DNA of 64,000 nt from Armatimonadota bacterium. GTDB lineage: Bacteria; Armatimonadota; HRBIN16. The stretch covers positions 2,080,001 through 2,144,000 of the forward strand of contig OY781964.1 in assembly GCA_963677485.1 (NCBI GenBank), in the 5' to 3' direction. How positions within the stretch are numbered: position 1 is the stretch's first letter; every line of letters starts with the position of its first letter. Of this stretch, positions 1 through 9,618 are shown in pieces. A program made the position numbers and the translations under genes. The notes under the pieces are model-generated. The model ran no database searches. It saw only the letters and a program-made list of their open reading frames with translations, and was not told the DNA's origin.

Positions 1-1
1 C

Positions 2-1600
2 ACCGAATATATCGACTATGTAGTAGCCCAAACCGAAGAGGTTTTGGATGTCTACGGCAGCGAATGCGATGGTTTATTCTTTGATATCTGCCTGCAGATG
101 CCCTGCTGCTGCTATAAATGCATCGCAGACATGCAGGCGAAAGGTCTGAAGCCCGAGAATGTGGCCGACCGCACCGCCTTCTCACGCGAAGTGATGAACA
201 ACTTCAAAGCGCGCATGACCGCGGCGATCCGTGCCAAAAACAGCGAATGCACCATCTTCTACAACGCGGGTCATGTCGGCGCGGGGATGCGCGACAGCCT
301 GGGCAACTACAGCCATCTGGAGCTGGAGTCGCTGCCCAGCGGAGGCTGGGGATATGAGCATTTCCCAACCACCGCGCGGTATGCGCGCAAGCTGGGCTTC
401 GAGTTCCTGGGCATGACGGGCAAGTTCCACAAATCGTGGGCGGACTTCGGCGGGTTTAAGAACCATGCCGCGCTGCAGTATGAGTGCTTCCTGAGCATGG
501 CGCTGGGTGGCAAAGTCTCCGTGGGCGACCAGCTACACCCGAACGGCAAGATCAACCAGGCTACCTACGAGTTGGTGGGCAGCGTATTCAACGAAATGGC
601 CATCAAGGAGCCCTGGTGCGTGGGCGCGGAGTGGCTGACCGAGATCGCGGTGCTGAGCCCCGAGGCAGTCGATGGCGGACGGCGTTACGAGCTCACACAG
701 TCCGCGATGGGGGCCAACCGCATCCTGACCGAAGCTCAGGCCCAGTTCGACTTTGTGGACTACGATATGGATCTCAGCCGATACAAGCTGCTGATCTGCC
801 CCGACCTGATCCGCATGAACGAGCGTGAAGCGGGGGTCATCGACGCCTACGTGGCCGCTGGCGGTAAACTGCTGCTGACCGGTGAATCTGGCTTGGCGAT
901 GGAAAGCTGCGAATCCCATCTGAAATGCCTGCCCGCCACTGTGAAAGGCACGGCCCCCTTCAGCCCCAACTACCTGAAAGTCGAACCATTGATCGGGCAG
1001 GGAGTGTATGATACCGAGCATATCATGTACGATGGCGGTTTGGAGCTTCAGCAAATAGAGGGCACCCAGGTTCTGGCTGCGGTGTGGAACCCCTACTTCA
1101 ACCGCAACTGGGAGCACTTCAGCTCACACGCGCAGACGCCTGCCGAAAAGCCTGCCGGGTATCCTGGGGCAGTGGCTTCCGGCAATGTGGCGATGATTGG
1201 ATACCCCGTCTTCAGCATGTACCGACAGCATGGCAACCGCTTCTACAAGCAGTTGGTTCACAACATCATCGAGCTGCTGGCGCCAAAATCCGACTGGCTG
1301 CTGCGTTCGAACCTTCCCACCAGCGCGGACATCACGCTGAACCGCCAGCCGGATGAGGACCGCTACGTGCTGCATCTGCTGCACTACCCGCACACCCGCA
1401 AGTGCGAGGCGATTGACGTGATCGAGGATGTGCTGCCGTTGTATGACGTGCAGATAGAGGTTAAGCTTCCCGCCGGTTACGACTGTGTCACCACAGCCCC
1501 CGAGGGTGTTGCCGTGCCGGCCGAGCGATGCGGCGATTACCTGCGCATCAGCCTGCCGAAGATGCTGGGCCACCAGATGCTGAGCATCAGCCGGAAATAA
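2..1600 (+). CDS. GH151/GHL6-like glycoside hydrolase (putative alpha-L-fucosidase) with beta-galactosidase trimerization-type C-terminal domain, 5'-truncated
   Basis: Frame is open from base 2 (TEYIDYVVAQTEEVLDVYG...). Motifs DGLFFDI, HLELESLPSGGWGY, MTGKFHKSWADFGG and GDQLHPNG are typical of this family. Confidence 0.7.
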   Translation, partial: TEYIDYVVAQTEEVLDVYGSECDGLFFDICLQMPCCCYKCIADMQAKGLKPENVADRTAFSREVMNNFKARMTAAIRAKNSECTIFYNAGHVGAGMRDSLGNYSHLELESLPSGGWGYEHFPTTARYARKLGFEFLGMTGKFHKSWADFGGFKNHAALQYECFLSMALGGKVSVGDQLHPNGKINQATYELVGSVFNEMAIKEPWCVGAEWLTEIAVLSPEAVDGGRRYELTQSAMGANRILTEAQAQFDFVDYDMDLSRYKLLICPDLIRMNEREAGVIDAYVAAGGKLLLTGESGLAMESCESHLKCLPATVKGTAPFSPNYLKVEPLIGQGVYDTEHIMYDGGLELQQIEGTQVLAAVWNPYFNRNWEHFSSHAQTPAEKPAGYPGAVASGNVAMIGYPVFSMYRQHGNRFYKQLVHNIIELLAPKSDWLLRSNLPTSADITLNRQPDEDRYVLHLLHYPHTRKCEAIDVIEDVLPLYDVQIEVKLPAGYDCVTTAPEGVAVPAERCGDYLRISLPKMLGHQMLSISRK

Positions 1601-1604
1601 TCGT

Positions 1605-1671
1605 GTAGGGGCATCGCGTGCGGTGCCCCATAGACATTCCGTCGCAAGGGCACGGCACGCCATGCCCCTAC
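1605..1671. repeat. GTAG-type REP doublet (REPIN-like)
   Basis: GTAGGGGCATCGCGTGCGGTGCCC ... GGGCACGGCACGCCATGCCCCTAC in inverted orientation. The same arms recur at 23993 and 49461-49600. Confidence 0.8.
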
Positions 1672-1697
1672 GTTATTACCCCACAGGAGACCACAAC

Positions 1698-2069
1698 ATG
1701 CAGTTCATGGGCCCTTGCCTTCTCAGTTCACAGGTGCGTAAGATGACCGAATTCTACACAATGCTGCTCCAAACCACGGCGGAGGGCGATGATGTCCATG
1801 CCGCCATCAACACGCACAGTGCCGCACTTTCCATTTATAACCCGAATAGCGGTGAACCGAACCAGTGGTCAACCGAAGGCTCAGACGGTCGGCGGAAATT
1901 CACCCTCGGCATCCGATGTGACGACGTGGACGCGGAGTATCAACGGCTGACAGCGCTGGGTGTCGAAGTGCTCGCTCCGCCTGAGACCCACCCCTGGGGC
2001 TGGCGTTCGATGAGCCTGCTGGACCCCGACGGCAACATGATCGACGTCGCCTGCCCGGCGATGGTGTAG
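1698..2069 (+). CDS. VOC/glyoxalase family protein
   Basis: AGGAG RBS before ATG 1698. C-terminal DDVDAEYQRL...PPETHPWGWRSMSLLDPDGNMI motif. Confidence 0.85.
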   Translation: MQFMGPCLLSSQVRKMTEFYTMLLQTTAEGDDVHAAINTHSAALSIYNPNSGEPNQWSTEGSDGRRKFTLGIRCDDVDAEYQRLTALGVEVLAPPETHPWGWRSMSLLDPDGNMIDVACPAMV

Positions 2070-2171
2070 GCAGTTGGCTCTTTTCCTGACACCAGTCCTA
2101 TGCATGTCCGGGCGGTCTACAGCCGTCCGTAGCAACTAGCCTACGCACAGACCGCGCAGGACACAACAGCT

Positions 2172-5100
2172 TTATGGTTGTCGTAGCAACAGCGACGGCG
2201 CGCTGATCAAGCCATGAGGCACCAGCATGTAGCGGTCCACCCAGTCCTCGTGGCTGCAGAAAGCCTGGGGAGCGGCGGCGTAGATCTCACCAGCCCTGTT
2301 GTGCAGCGGGCCCATCAGGTTGCGCGGGCTGTTGAACAGCTCCACACAGATGCTGTTCTGCCCTGATACCAGCTTGTCGGTAACATCCAGCTCGTAAGGT
2401 GCCCACGGCAGCTCACCAGCAGGCTGACCATTGATGCTGGCAATGGCCAGTGGCGCCTCATAGGCCCCCAGCTTCAGCAGCAGTTTACCGCAGCAGGGCT
2501 TATCCAGCAATACCTCCCAGGTGTATTTCACGCTGCCGCAATAAAAGGGCAGCCCCTGGCTGGTCCAATCCTGCAGGCTCAGCTCAGTGGGGGATGGCAC
2601 GATCACGGCTTGACTGTTGTCATGGCGCAGCTCCACGCCGAAATGCCCCAGCAGGATCAACGGCTCCAGCGTGGTGCCCTCCACAAAGTGCATCTTCTGA
2701 ATGATGGTGTTGCTGCCCTTCTTGAGGCTGCCGGTGATGTTCAGTTTGCGCAGGCCGATGTCCATCCACCAGCCCTCTTCCACCTTGATGACCGGGCGGC
2801 CGTTGATCTCAAACTCGCTTTGGTCGGGCTTTTCCACCAGCATGGTGATGGGAATCTCAGCCAGGTCGATCTCACTTTCAAACCGGTAAACCAGCTCGAT
2901 GTCCAGCTCCCTAACGGGCCGTGTGCTGTCTTTGGCGATTTTCCACAGGCTGATCCCGCCGTTGTTCAGGTCGGTGCTGATCTCAAGGTGCCTCGCCACA
3001 TCCTCGGTGCAGAACAGCACAGGTTTTGGCCCTACACTGGTCTCGCCAGGTATAATCAGTGTCGCGAAATCCAACGGCAGCGCGTTGGGCTGTGTCAACT
3101 CGATCTTCGGAGCATCGCTCATGACTATCAGCGTCTGGGCCTCTGCGGGAGCAACAGCCGGGGTGCTGACCGCATTGGGATCGATCACCAGCATGTAGGA
3201 CTGCACGATGCCGAAGGGCAGCGTGATATGGAAATAACCATCTTGATGGGTGTACGCTACCGGCTCGATTTCGCCGCTCTGCAGGTTCCAGAGTCCGAGG
3301 CTCCCTTCGCCAGCCAGCGTGATCTGCACATCACCCGGCGCTTCGGTCAACGAGCGGTTGACCAGGTAAGTAGCCAGTCGACCGTCATCGAGTGCCGTCT
3401 GACGTGCGAGTATCACCGGGCAGTTGGCGCCGTTCTGCGTGGCACTGACCCGCTCCAGAAGAGCCTCATCCACGGTCTGCTGCAGCGCCTCGCGGTTGTT
3501 TTCGATGCAGATACAGTTGGCATGACTCCAGAGCGCACTGAGGTCAGACGCATTGCCATTCACCATCACCGGCTTCTCGCCCGCGCAGATCAGCTTCCCG
3601 CCGGCATCCATCCACTGGCTCAGCAGCTCCACGGTGCTGTCAGCCAGGGTGAGCGCCGGGGGCAGTATCACCAGCTTGTAGCTGACCAGGTTGATCTGGA
3701 ACAGGCCATCCTGTACCTTGCCGTGACGGGCCATCAGCATCTCGTCACCGTAGTCGTGGTCACGCTGCATCTGCCCCAGCCATTCGCTGATCTGCACCAT
3801 CTGCTGGCCGTAGCGGTCACACGCAGCCTGGTCGTCCGGGGTCCAGGTGGCCCATCCGCTGCCGATGGTGTGGATCACCAGCAGATCGTTGCTCACTTCA
3901 CCACTCTGCGCGATCAGGTTCACTCGCGCCATATAGTCGCTCATGAAGCTGTAGTGTTTCCACCAGGGCTGCTGGTAGAAGAAGCTGGGTGGCCAGTCGC
4001 GCTTGCGGCCTCCCCACAGGCTGTAATAGGACAGGTGCTGGTTCATGTAGGTCACGCCGTGCACAAACAGCCAGTCGGCAATCCACTTCTGCTCCACAAA
4101 ACTGAGGTTCCAGCCGCTGCCCCCGAAGCTCTCGCTGAGGATGCGCCGGCGACCGAACTGGTGCGCCCCCGAGCTTGTCTGACGGGGCAGCAGCGGATCC
4201 GACTGCCGGCGGCAGATCAGGTCGATGCCGGGTGACTGCATGTATTCGTAGTGCGGCATGGCAGCCCCGATGGCGAAAATCTGGCTGCTGAAGCTGTCTT
4301 CCGCCATGAAGTGGCCGGTCATGTCGCAGTGATGCCGCTCGCACCACTGGCCAATCTGCTTGGTGAAGTGGTCCACAAACATCTGCGTGACGCACAGCCG
4401 GTAGTTATACCGGTGGTGTTCACCGCCCAGAGTGGGGAATAACAGCGCGGGCAGCGTCTCGACGAGGGGGTAGCCATACATCCGCTCAAACAAGGCGGGC
4501 ATGACCTCGGTATAGGGCACCCCGCGGAAGGTGTTGCCCATCTCGGGGTTGCTCATGTAGTACTGAGGTTCATCGGTGAAAACACCCTTCACTGTCTCAC
4601 CCAGATCGTCCCCAATCTCTCGGGCATAGGCATCATAGGTATGGTGGATGAAGTCCTGCACAGCGGATTCGCTGATGGTGTCCAAGTAGCTCTCTCCGTT
4701 GCACCAGTCCGATTTGGGCTGGTAGTGCCAGTCGAAGCGGATCAGCTCGCGACCGGATTTCGCGCTGCCGCCTGCCTCAAGCTGCCAGTCGGTGAGGGTC
4801 CCGTCATGCTTGCGCACGGCCGAATAGTAAGCCAGCAGACCGCCCTCATCTCCTGGCTCAGGTGCGTCGGCGGGACTCCAGATGATCAGCTTCATGCGGT
4901 TGGCGGGCTTCATGGCGGGCACATCACCCCCGGCAAAGCCGCTTGGCCAGCGATCCTCATCATACAGCCAGGCGAGAAGCCCCAGCTCCTTCGCTCGGGC
5001 AACGCACGCTTTCGTGAGATCCATCCACTCTTCGCTCATGTATTCGGTGAGCAGCCCGGTTCGGCTGTGGATGATAAAGCCGCCCATGCCCGCTTGCACC

Positions 5101-5213
5101 ATCTCGTCGATCTGGCGCATCAGCTCGTTCTGCTCCAGCTTGTCGTTCCAGCTCCAAAACGGAACCCCGCGGTACTCGTTTTGGGGGTTCTTGAAAGAGT
5201 GTTCCAGGTTCAT
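2172..5213 (-). CDS. GH106-like glycoside hydrolase (alpha-L-rhamnosidase family)
   Basis: 1013 aa. Motifs PFWSWND, GGFIIHSRTGL, WLYDEDRWPSGFAGG, FTDEP and SESFG. GGAGG RBS. Confidence 0.8.
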   Translation of the reverse strand: MNLEHSFKNPQNEYRGVPFWSWNDKLEQNELMRQIDEMVQAGMGGFIIHSRTGLLTEYMSEEWMDLTKACVARAKELGLLAWLYDEDRWPSGFAGGDVPAMKPANRMKLIIWSPADAPEPGDEGGLLAYYSAVRKHDGTLTDWQLEAGGSAKSGRELIRFDWHYQPKSDWCNGESYLDTISESAVQDFIHHTYDAYAREIGDDLGETVKGVFTDEPQYYMSNPEMGNTFRGVPYTEVMPALFERMYGYPLVETLPALLFPTLGGEHHRYNYRLCVTQMFVDHFTKQIGQWCERHHCDMTGHFMAEDSFSSQIFAIGAAMPHYEYMQSPGIDLICRRQSDPLLPRQTSSGAHQFGRRRILSESFGGSGWNLSFVEQKWIADWLFVHGVTYMNQHLSYYSLWGGRKRDWPPSFFYQQPWWKHYSFMSDYMARVNLIAQSGEVSNDLLVIHTIGSGWATWTPDDQAACDRYGQQMVQISEWLGQMQRDHDYGDEMLMARHGKVQDGLFQINLVSYKLVILPPALTLADSTVELLSQWMDAGGKLICAGEKPVMVNGNASDLSALWSHANCICIENNREALQQTVDEALLERVSATQNGANCPVILARQTALDDGRLATYLVNRSLTEAPGDVQITLAGEGSLGLWNLQSGEIEPVAYTHQDGYFHITLPFGIVQSYMLVIDPNAVSTPAVAPAEAQTLIVMSDAPKIELTQPNALPLDFATLIIPGETSVGPKPVLFCTEDVARHLEISTDLNNGGISLWKIAKDSTRPVRELDIELVYRFESEIDLAEIPITMLVEKPDQSEFEINGRPVIKVEEGWWMDIGLRKLNITGSLKKGSNTIIQKMHFVEGTTLEPLILLGHFGVELRHDNSQAVIVPSPTELSLQDWTSQGLPFYCGSVKYTWEVLLDKPCCGKLLLKLGAYEAPLAIASINGQPAGELPWAPYELDVTDKLVSGQNSICVELFNSPRNLMGPLHNRAGEIYAAAPQAFCSHEDWVDRYMLVPHGLISAPSLLLRQP

Positions 5214-5474
5214 TGATGACTATCCTCCACGAAGCTATAGTAGCAAATCCACGGCGTCACGGGTCAATTTTACCCGTTAGGAAGGCCGATGGTGGTGTCA
5301 ACAAGTGTCCGTTTGGGCGATTGGCGCGGATAGAGTGCGGATTGTTTGGTGATTGCGGGCAATAGGCACAATGAGGGGTGAATAGAAGGAGATGGGAGAA
5401 ACAAGAAAGGAGGTGTACGGCCCGCTCCAGAGCCTATGGCAGCCTGTATTGTCACAGATGAGATCTCCTAAATC

Positions 5475-5592
5475 GCCTAAGTCCGGGGCGGTCTGACGGT
5501 ACGCTCATGATGCCGACCGACTCAAGACCGCGCCGGTCTTGTTCCGACACCTATCTTGCCAGGCTGTCCGCCAGACCGCCCCGGACTTAGGC
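5475..5592. mobile_element. MITE/REPIN-like element with 25-bp terminal inverted repeats (module B)
   Basis: GCCTAAGTCCGGGGCGGTCTGACGG ... CCGCCAGACCGCCCCGGACTTAGGC, with internal palindrome AAGACCGCGCCGGTCTT. Related copies at 43324, 47805, 48085 and 57701. Confidence 0.65.
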
Positions 5593-5633
5593 AACCCTTG
5601 CTCGCCTCACTCCGACTTCTCCATCCATTCCAG

Positions 5634-6554
5634 CTACCCCGCGTTGCCGCCCATCGCGGTCTGTACCGCCTGAAGAAGATCCTGCGGTTGGTTGCTGCCG
5701 ATCAGCACTGGCATCCCCTTCGTCGGAGTGATGAGCACCCCCTGGTTACCCTCGAAAAAGAAGCCCTTCCTCGAGCGTGAGAAGCGGATACCCCATCCTC
5801 CGAAGTCGCGTAATGGATTGAAGTGCGCCACTTCGGCACTGATGATCTGGTCGGGTGACAGCTCCAGCAGCTTCCAGTTGAACATCCCCAGCCGCACGCT
5901 GATCTTGTTGGGACTGACGCTCACACGCATCCCGTTCCAGATACTGAGCAGCAGACCGATGATCGCAATGAGCATAACGGCCACGCCTATATGACCACTT
6001 TGGGCACTAGCGGTCGACAGGTATATATAGTAGACCGACACCACAACGACGATGGCGTTTATATACGGTGGGTTTTGCCGTTGGTAGAACAGCCAGTTTG
6101 CACCTGGTTTGACAGCCAACGGGCTGGAAGTCCTCAACTCCTCCACCAATGGCTCCGCACGGTAAGGACGCAGCGCCTCTACCAGGCATCCGGCTACAAC
6201 CGCCCCGCCCGCTACCATCCAGCTCAGTTCCGACGCGGTATATGAGGTTGTCCGCCAGAACACGCTACCGAATAGCAGTGCGATGCTGATTTCATCAAAC
6301 AGGCTCATCCAGTTGAAGCTCTTCCGAGGCTGCTCATTCTTCGCCCAGGATTCATCGAAGAACATGGACATCACCAGATAGAGAACAGCCAGGAGTATAA
6401 CACCGCCCAGAACCCCGGCTGCAGGGGCAGACCCGGTACCGTGCTTAAGGTTAATCGGTAGTCGATCAGGGATACTTTGACCGCTAACTCGCCATACCAT
6501 CATGCCGATCAGCACGACGGCTGGTGTATGTGTCCATAACGGATGGTATTTCAT
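5634..6554 (-). CDS. Integral membrane protein with C-terminal bacterial PH-like domain
   Basis: Several hydrophobic segments. C-terminal FNPLRDFGGWGIR...VLIGSNQPQDL motif. ATGA overlap with the GntR gene. Confidence 0.7.
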   Translation of the reverse strand: MKYHPLWTHTPAVVLIGMMVWRVSGQSIPDRLPINLKHGTGSAPAAGVLGGVILLAVLYLVMSMFFDESWAKNEQPRKSFNWMSLFDEISIALLFGSVFWRTTSYTASELSWMVAGGAVVAGCLVEALRPYRAEPLVEELRTSSPLAVKPGANWLFYQRQNPPYINAIVVVVSVYYIYLSTASAQSGHIGVAVMLIAIIGLLLSIWNGMRVSVSPNKISVRLGMFNWKLLELSPDQIISAEVAHFNPLRDFGGWGIRFSRSRKGFFFEGNQGVLITPTKGMPVLIGSNQPQDLLQAVQTAMGGNAG

Positions 6555-6934
6555 TGTTTGTCCTCCTGCAGTATGCTCTGCAGCATCTGCACAAGCTGAT
6601 CGGGGTTGATGCCGAGATGGTAAGCCTCGGCCACCGCGTCGCGCAGGGGCTGTTCCACTCGCAGTATCACCTGCCTGTGGTCAGCGGGTTCATCTGTGTG
6701 TTTGGCAATACGGGCACGCTGGCCAAGCCGCAGTGTGATGACCCCTTGTTCCTTCAGCCTGGTATAGGCCTTGTGTACCGTCAGATGGTTGATACCCAGG
6801 TGCTCTGCCACCTCACGCACGCTGGGCAGCTCCTCACCGGGGCTCATCTGCCCCAGCCGCACCTGCTGTTTGATGCAGGAGATGATCTGCTGGTAGACCG
6901 GTCTGGTGTCATCAGGGTCGAGTGAGATTATCAT
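6551..6934 (-). CDS. GntR family transcriptional regulator (YtrA/YhcF subfamily)
   Basis: 127 aa. PVYQQI...PGEELPSVREVAEHLGINHLTVHKAYTRL. AGGAGGT RBS. Confidence 0.92.
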   Translation of the reverse strand: MIISLDPDDTRPVYQQIISCIKQQVRLGQMSPGEELPSVREVAEHLGINHLTVHKAYTRLKEQGVITLRLGQRARIAKHTDEPADHRQVILRVEQPLRDAVAEAYHLGINPDQLVQMLQSILQEDKQ

Positions 6935-6953
6935 AGCCTCACCTCCTGTCTAC

Positions 6954-6984
6954 CGTTATACCATATATACAACAGATATAACAA
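6954..6984. promoter_or_regulatory. Candidate YtrA-type autoregulatory operator
   Basis: AT-rich imperfect inverted repeat GTTATA...TATAAC directly upstream of the GntR RBS. Confidence 0.4.
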
Positions 6985-7060
6985 TAGCTAGCACCTAATG
7001 CAGCACAAGCCGTCCGCCACGCGCTAAAGCAGACTGTAAGCGTCCAATCCAGCTCATACC

Positions 7061-7097
7061 AAAAACGGCCGACGCGGGAGGTTAGCCGCGTCGGCCG
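7061..7097 (-). terminator. Rho-independent terminator
   Basis: Stem CGGCCGACGCGG/CCGCGTCGGCCG followed by a T5 run on the minus strand, downstream of 7166. Confidence 0.75.
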
Positions 7098-7165
7098 GTT
7101 ATCACGTCACAGCAAAGTACGATAGTCCTGCGTGGCTGGTGGACACCCGTACTAGAAATCCAGAA

Positions 7166-7540
7166 CTAGTCCCCTTTGGCACCAAAGTTTTTGTCTACCA
7201 CCACATAGTCAAACAGGTTGACACTGCCATCCCCATCGAGGTCGGCAAGGGGGTCCCCGCTATTGAAGTGCGTATCAAGCACCACATAGTCGAACAGATT
7301 GACAAGACCATCTCCATTGGCATCGCCATTGGCAAGTGCCAGGTTTATGCTGCTTGTGATGTCCAGATTTGTGGCCTTCACTGTGAGAAAATGCGGACTA
7401 CTCACCCTGATATCATACGGCGGCTGAAGATAACTGGACAGTGTAAACTTACCATCAGCATTGGCTCCTATCCTGAGTAGCTGTGTGATTGCAGGATCGG
7501 AACTGCTGCTGATGCTTGCAGTGAGCTGCTGCGATGTCAC
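7166..7540 (-). CDS. C-terminal beta-sandwich plus dockerin/EF-hand-like module, probably the detached end of the RCC1 gene
   Basis: Duplicated GDANGDGLVNLFDY / ADLDGDGSVNLFDY. In frame with 7547..9322 across one TAA, with no evident RBS of its own. Confidence 0.6.
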   Translation of the reverse strand: MTSQQLTASISSSSDPAITQLLRIGANADGKFTLSSYLQPPYDIRVSSPHFLTVKATNLDITSSINLALANGDANGDGLVNLFDYVVLDTHFNSGDPLADLDGDGSVNLFDYVVVDKNFGAKGD

Positions 7541-7546
7541 GTCACC

Positions 7547-9322
7547 TTAGAAGCTATCCAACTTCACCTGCCCGGCGAATGGATACACACGGCGGATAGC
7601 AACGGTCTGATTCGTACCCGCTGAAACGGCTAAGAAACCCTGGTTTGGCGATGGTATATCACATGCCTTAGTTGGGTTATATCCCCAGGCAGCAATCGAT
7701 CCGTTACGTTTCAATCCCACTGTGTGAAACGCTCCGGCAGAGATCGCCACAAAGTCCTGGTTTGGTACCGGCAAGTTGGATTGGCCGAAATAGTTTGATC
7801 CCCAAACCACTACCGAGCCATCACGTTTTAAACCTACTGTGTGCGAGTCCCCAGCCGAAACAGCTACAAAATCCTGGTTAGGAGATGGCACGTCGCATTG
7901 GAAATTCGAATTATCGCCCCACGCAACGATTGATCCGTTGCGCTTAAGTCCGGCGGTATGCTGATGACCTGCTGAAATCTCGATAAAATCCTGGTTAGGA
8001 GATGGAACATCGCATTGAAGATTCATATTAGAACCCCAGGCCACTACAGAGCCGTCGTTCTTAAGACCAACCGAGTGTACAAATCCGGCAGAGACTGCGA
8101 TATAGTTCTGGTTTGGTGCAGGTACTCCGCACTGACCAAACGAGTTATTACCCCAGGCAACGATTGTGTTGTTGCTCTTGATCCCTAAAGAGTGACCACC
8201 GCCTGCTGAGACAGCTACGAACTCATTATTAGGTTGAGGCACGTCGCATGAGCCTGCATCATTTCTACCCCAGGCACACACCGAGCCGTCGGCCTTAAGG
8301 CCAAGTGCGTGATTTGATCCTGCATCCACCGATACGAAATCCTGGTTAGGAACCGGCACACTACACTCACGGTTATGGTTGTAACCCCACGCAGCTATGG
8401 TGTTGTCGCGTTTCAACCAGGCGGAGTGATTGCCGCCAGCCGCGATGGAAATCACATTGCTGTTGGCCCTTGGTAGGTCACACTGACCATACTCATTCCA
8501 GCCCCAGGCGAGCACAGAGCCATCACGCTTGAGCCCTAGAGTATGCAGAGACCCAACAGCAACAGCTACAAAATCCTTATTCGGTGCATTCACGTAGCAT
8601 TGGCCATGATCATTTTGACCCCACGCGACGATTGATCCGTCACGTTTCAATCCTGCAGAATGAAACTCTCCTGCTGAGATGCTTATGTAATCCTGGTTAG
8701 GTGAAGGAACACTGCATTGGCCACTACCATTATCTCCCCAGGCTATCACTGAGCCGTCACGCTTAAGCCCAAGTGTGTAATAGTTTCCGGCAGAGACAGC
8801 TATAAAATCCTTGTTTGGCTCAGGAACGGCACACTGCTGTCGACTGTTGGCACCCCATGCGACTATTGAGCCGTCACGCTTCAACCCAACACTGTGGCAA
8901 CCTCCGGCAGAGATGGCGATGAAATCCTGGTTGGGTTGAGGCACATTGCATTGGCCACTACCATTACCTCCCCAGACGAATACAGACCCGTCTCTCTTGA
9001 GTCCCATCACGTGGATATTTCCGGTGGAGATCGCGACGAAATCTTTGTTCGATGCAGGCTTGTTGCACTGGCCGGCTTGATTATTACCCCAGGCAACGAC
9101 AGAGCCGTCACGCTTTAACGCAACAGTATCATTAGCTCCTGCGGCGATGGCGATGAAATCCTGATCCGGTGAGGGAACAACCTGTAAGGACCCACCGATA
9201 TCCATGCTCCACCCGTCAATGATTCCACTTTGAGGGGAGCCTTGCGAGGCGCATGCCATCAGCAGGCAACAGGTAGATAATACCGTCAGATGTGTCAGTG
9301 TCGACTTAATACCGTTCAGCAA
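7547..9322 (-). CDS. Secreted RCC1/BLIP-II repeat beta-propeller protein (possibly pseudogenised or truncated)
   Basis: 13 full plus one partial 39-aa repeats (VPxPNQDFVAISAGxxHxxGLKRDGSxVAWGxNxxGQC). N-terminal hydrophobic stretch with possible lipobox LMAC. Confidence 0.85.
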   Translation of the reverse strand: MLNGIKSTLTHLTVLSTCCLLMACASQGSPQSGIIDGWSMDIGGSLQVVPSPDQDFIAIAAGANDTVALKRDGSVVAWGNNQAGQCNKPASNKDFVAISTGNIHVMGLKRDGSVFVWGGNGSGQCNVPQPNQDFIAISAGGCHSVGLKRDGSIVAWGANSRQQCAVPEPNKDFIAVSAGNYYTLGLKRDGSVIAWGDNGSGQCSVPSPNQDYISISAGEFHSAGLKRDGSIVAWGQNDHGQCYVNAPNKDFVAVAVGSLHTLGLKRDGSVLAWGWNEYGQCDLPRANSNVISIAAGGNHSAWLKRDNTIAAWGYNHNRECSVPVPNQDFVSVDAGSNHALGLKADGSVCAWGRNDAGSCDVPQPNNEFVAVSAGGGHSLGIKSNNTIVAWGNNSFGQCGVPAPNQNYIAVSAGFVHSVGLKNDGSVVAWGSNMNLQCDVPSPNQDFIEISAGHQHTAGLKRNGSIVAWGDNSNFQCDVPSPNQDFVAVSAGDSHTVGLKRDGSVVVWGSNYFGQSNLPVPNQDFVAISAGAFHTVGLKRNGSIAAWGYNPTKACDIPSPNQGFLAVSAGTNQTVAIRRVYPFAGQVKLDSF

Positions 9323-9417
9323 TACTTCCGTCTCCCTTAGGTGTCATGTGATACCAGTAGTATACCGTGATATAGTATGCAATTCTATATCGTTGCGCAC
9401 ACCTAAAAAGCCAGAAC

Positions 9418-9445
9418 ATTATAGCTAAGAGCACGTTATCGACAA
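9418..9445 (-). promoter_or_regulatory. Candidate sigma70 promoter for the RCC1 gene
   Basis: TTGTCG-N16-TATAAT on the minus strand. Palindrome GATATAG-N9-CTATATC at 9369-9391 lies just downstream. Confidence 0.4.
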
Positions 9446-9618
9446 GATAGTAAGCTGGCACGATGTTCCGTAGCTAAGTGATGCTATGGTATCAAATTGG
9501 ATGATATCAGGGGGCAACATGCGATGTTGTTCAACACAAAAATAAGGGAAGAGAGTACCAAAGAGTTAGGGCTCCGGCTAGGAAGCCCCCCTTTCTACAG
9601 CCCGATTCAGTCTGCCCT

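Noticed and set aside
2610-4235. Long antisense ORFs (541 aa here; also 29136-30320, 41549-42916, 56123-57127)
   Set aside because: Shadow frames opposite well-supported genes, as expected from high-GC codon bias.
7547-7549. Selenocysteine or pyrrolysine recoding at the in-frame stop
   Set aside because: The codon is TAA, not TGA/TAG, and TAA terminates many genes normally in this window.
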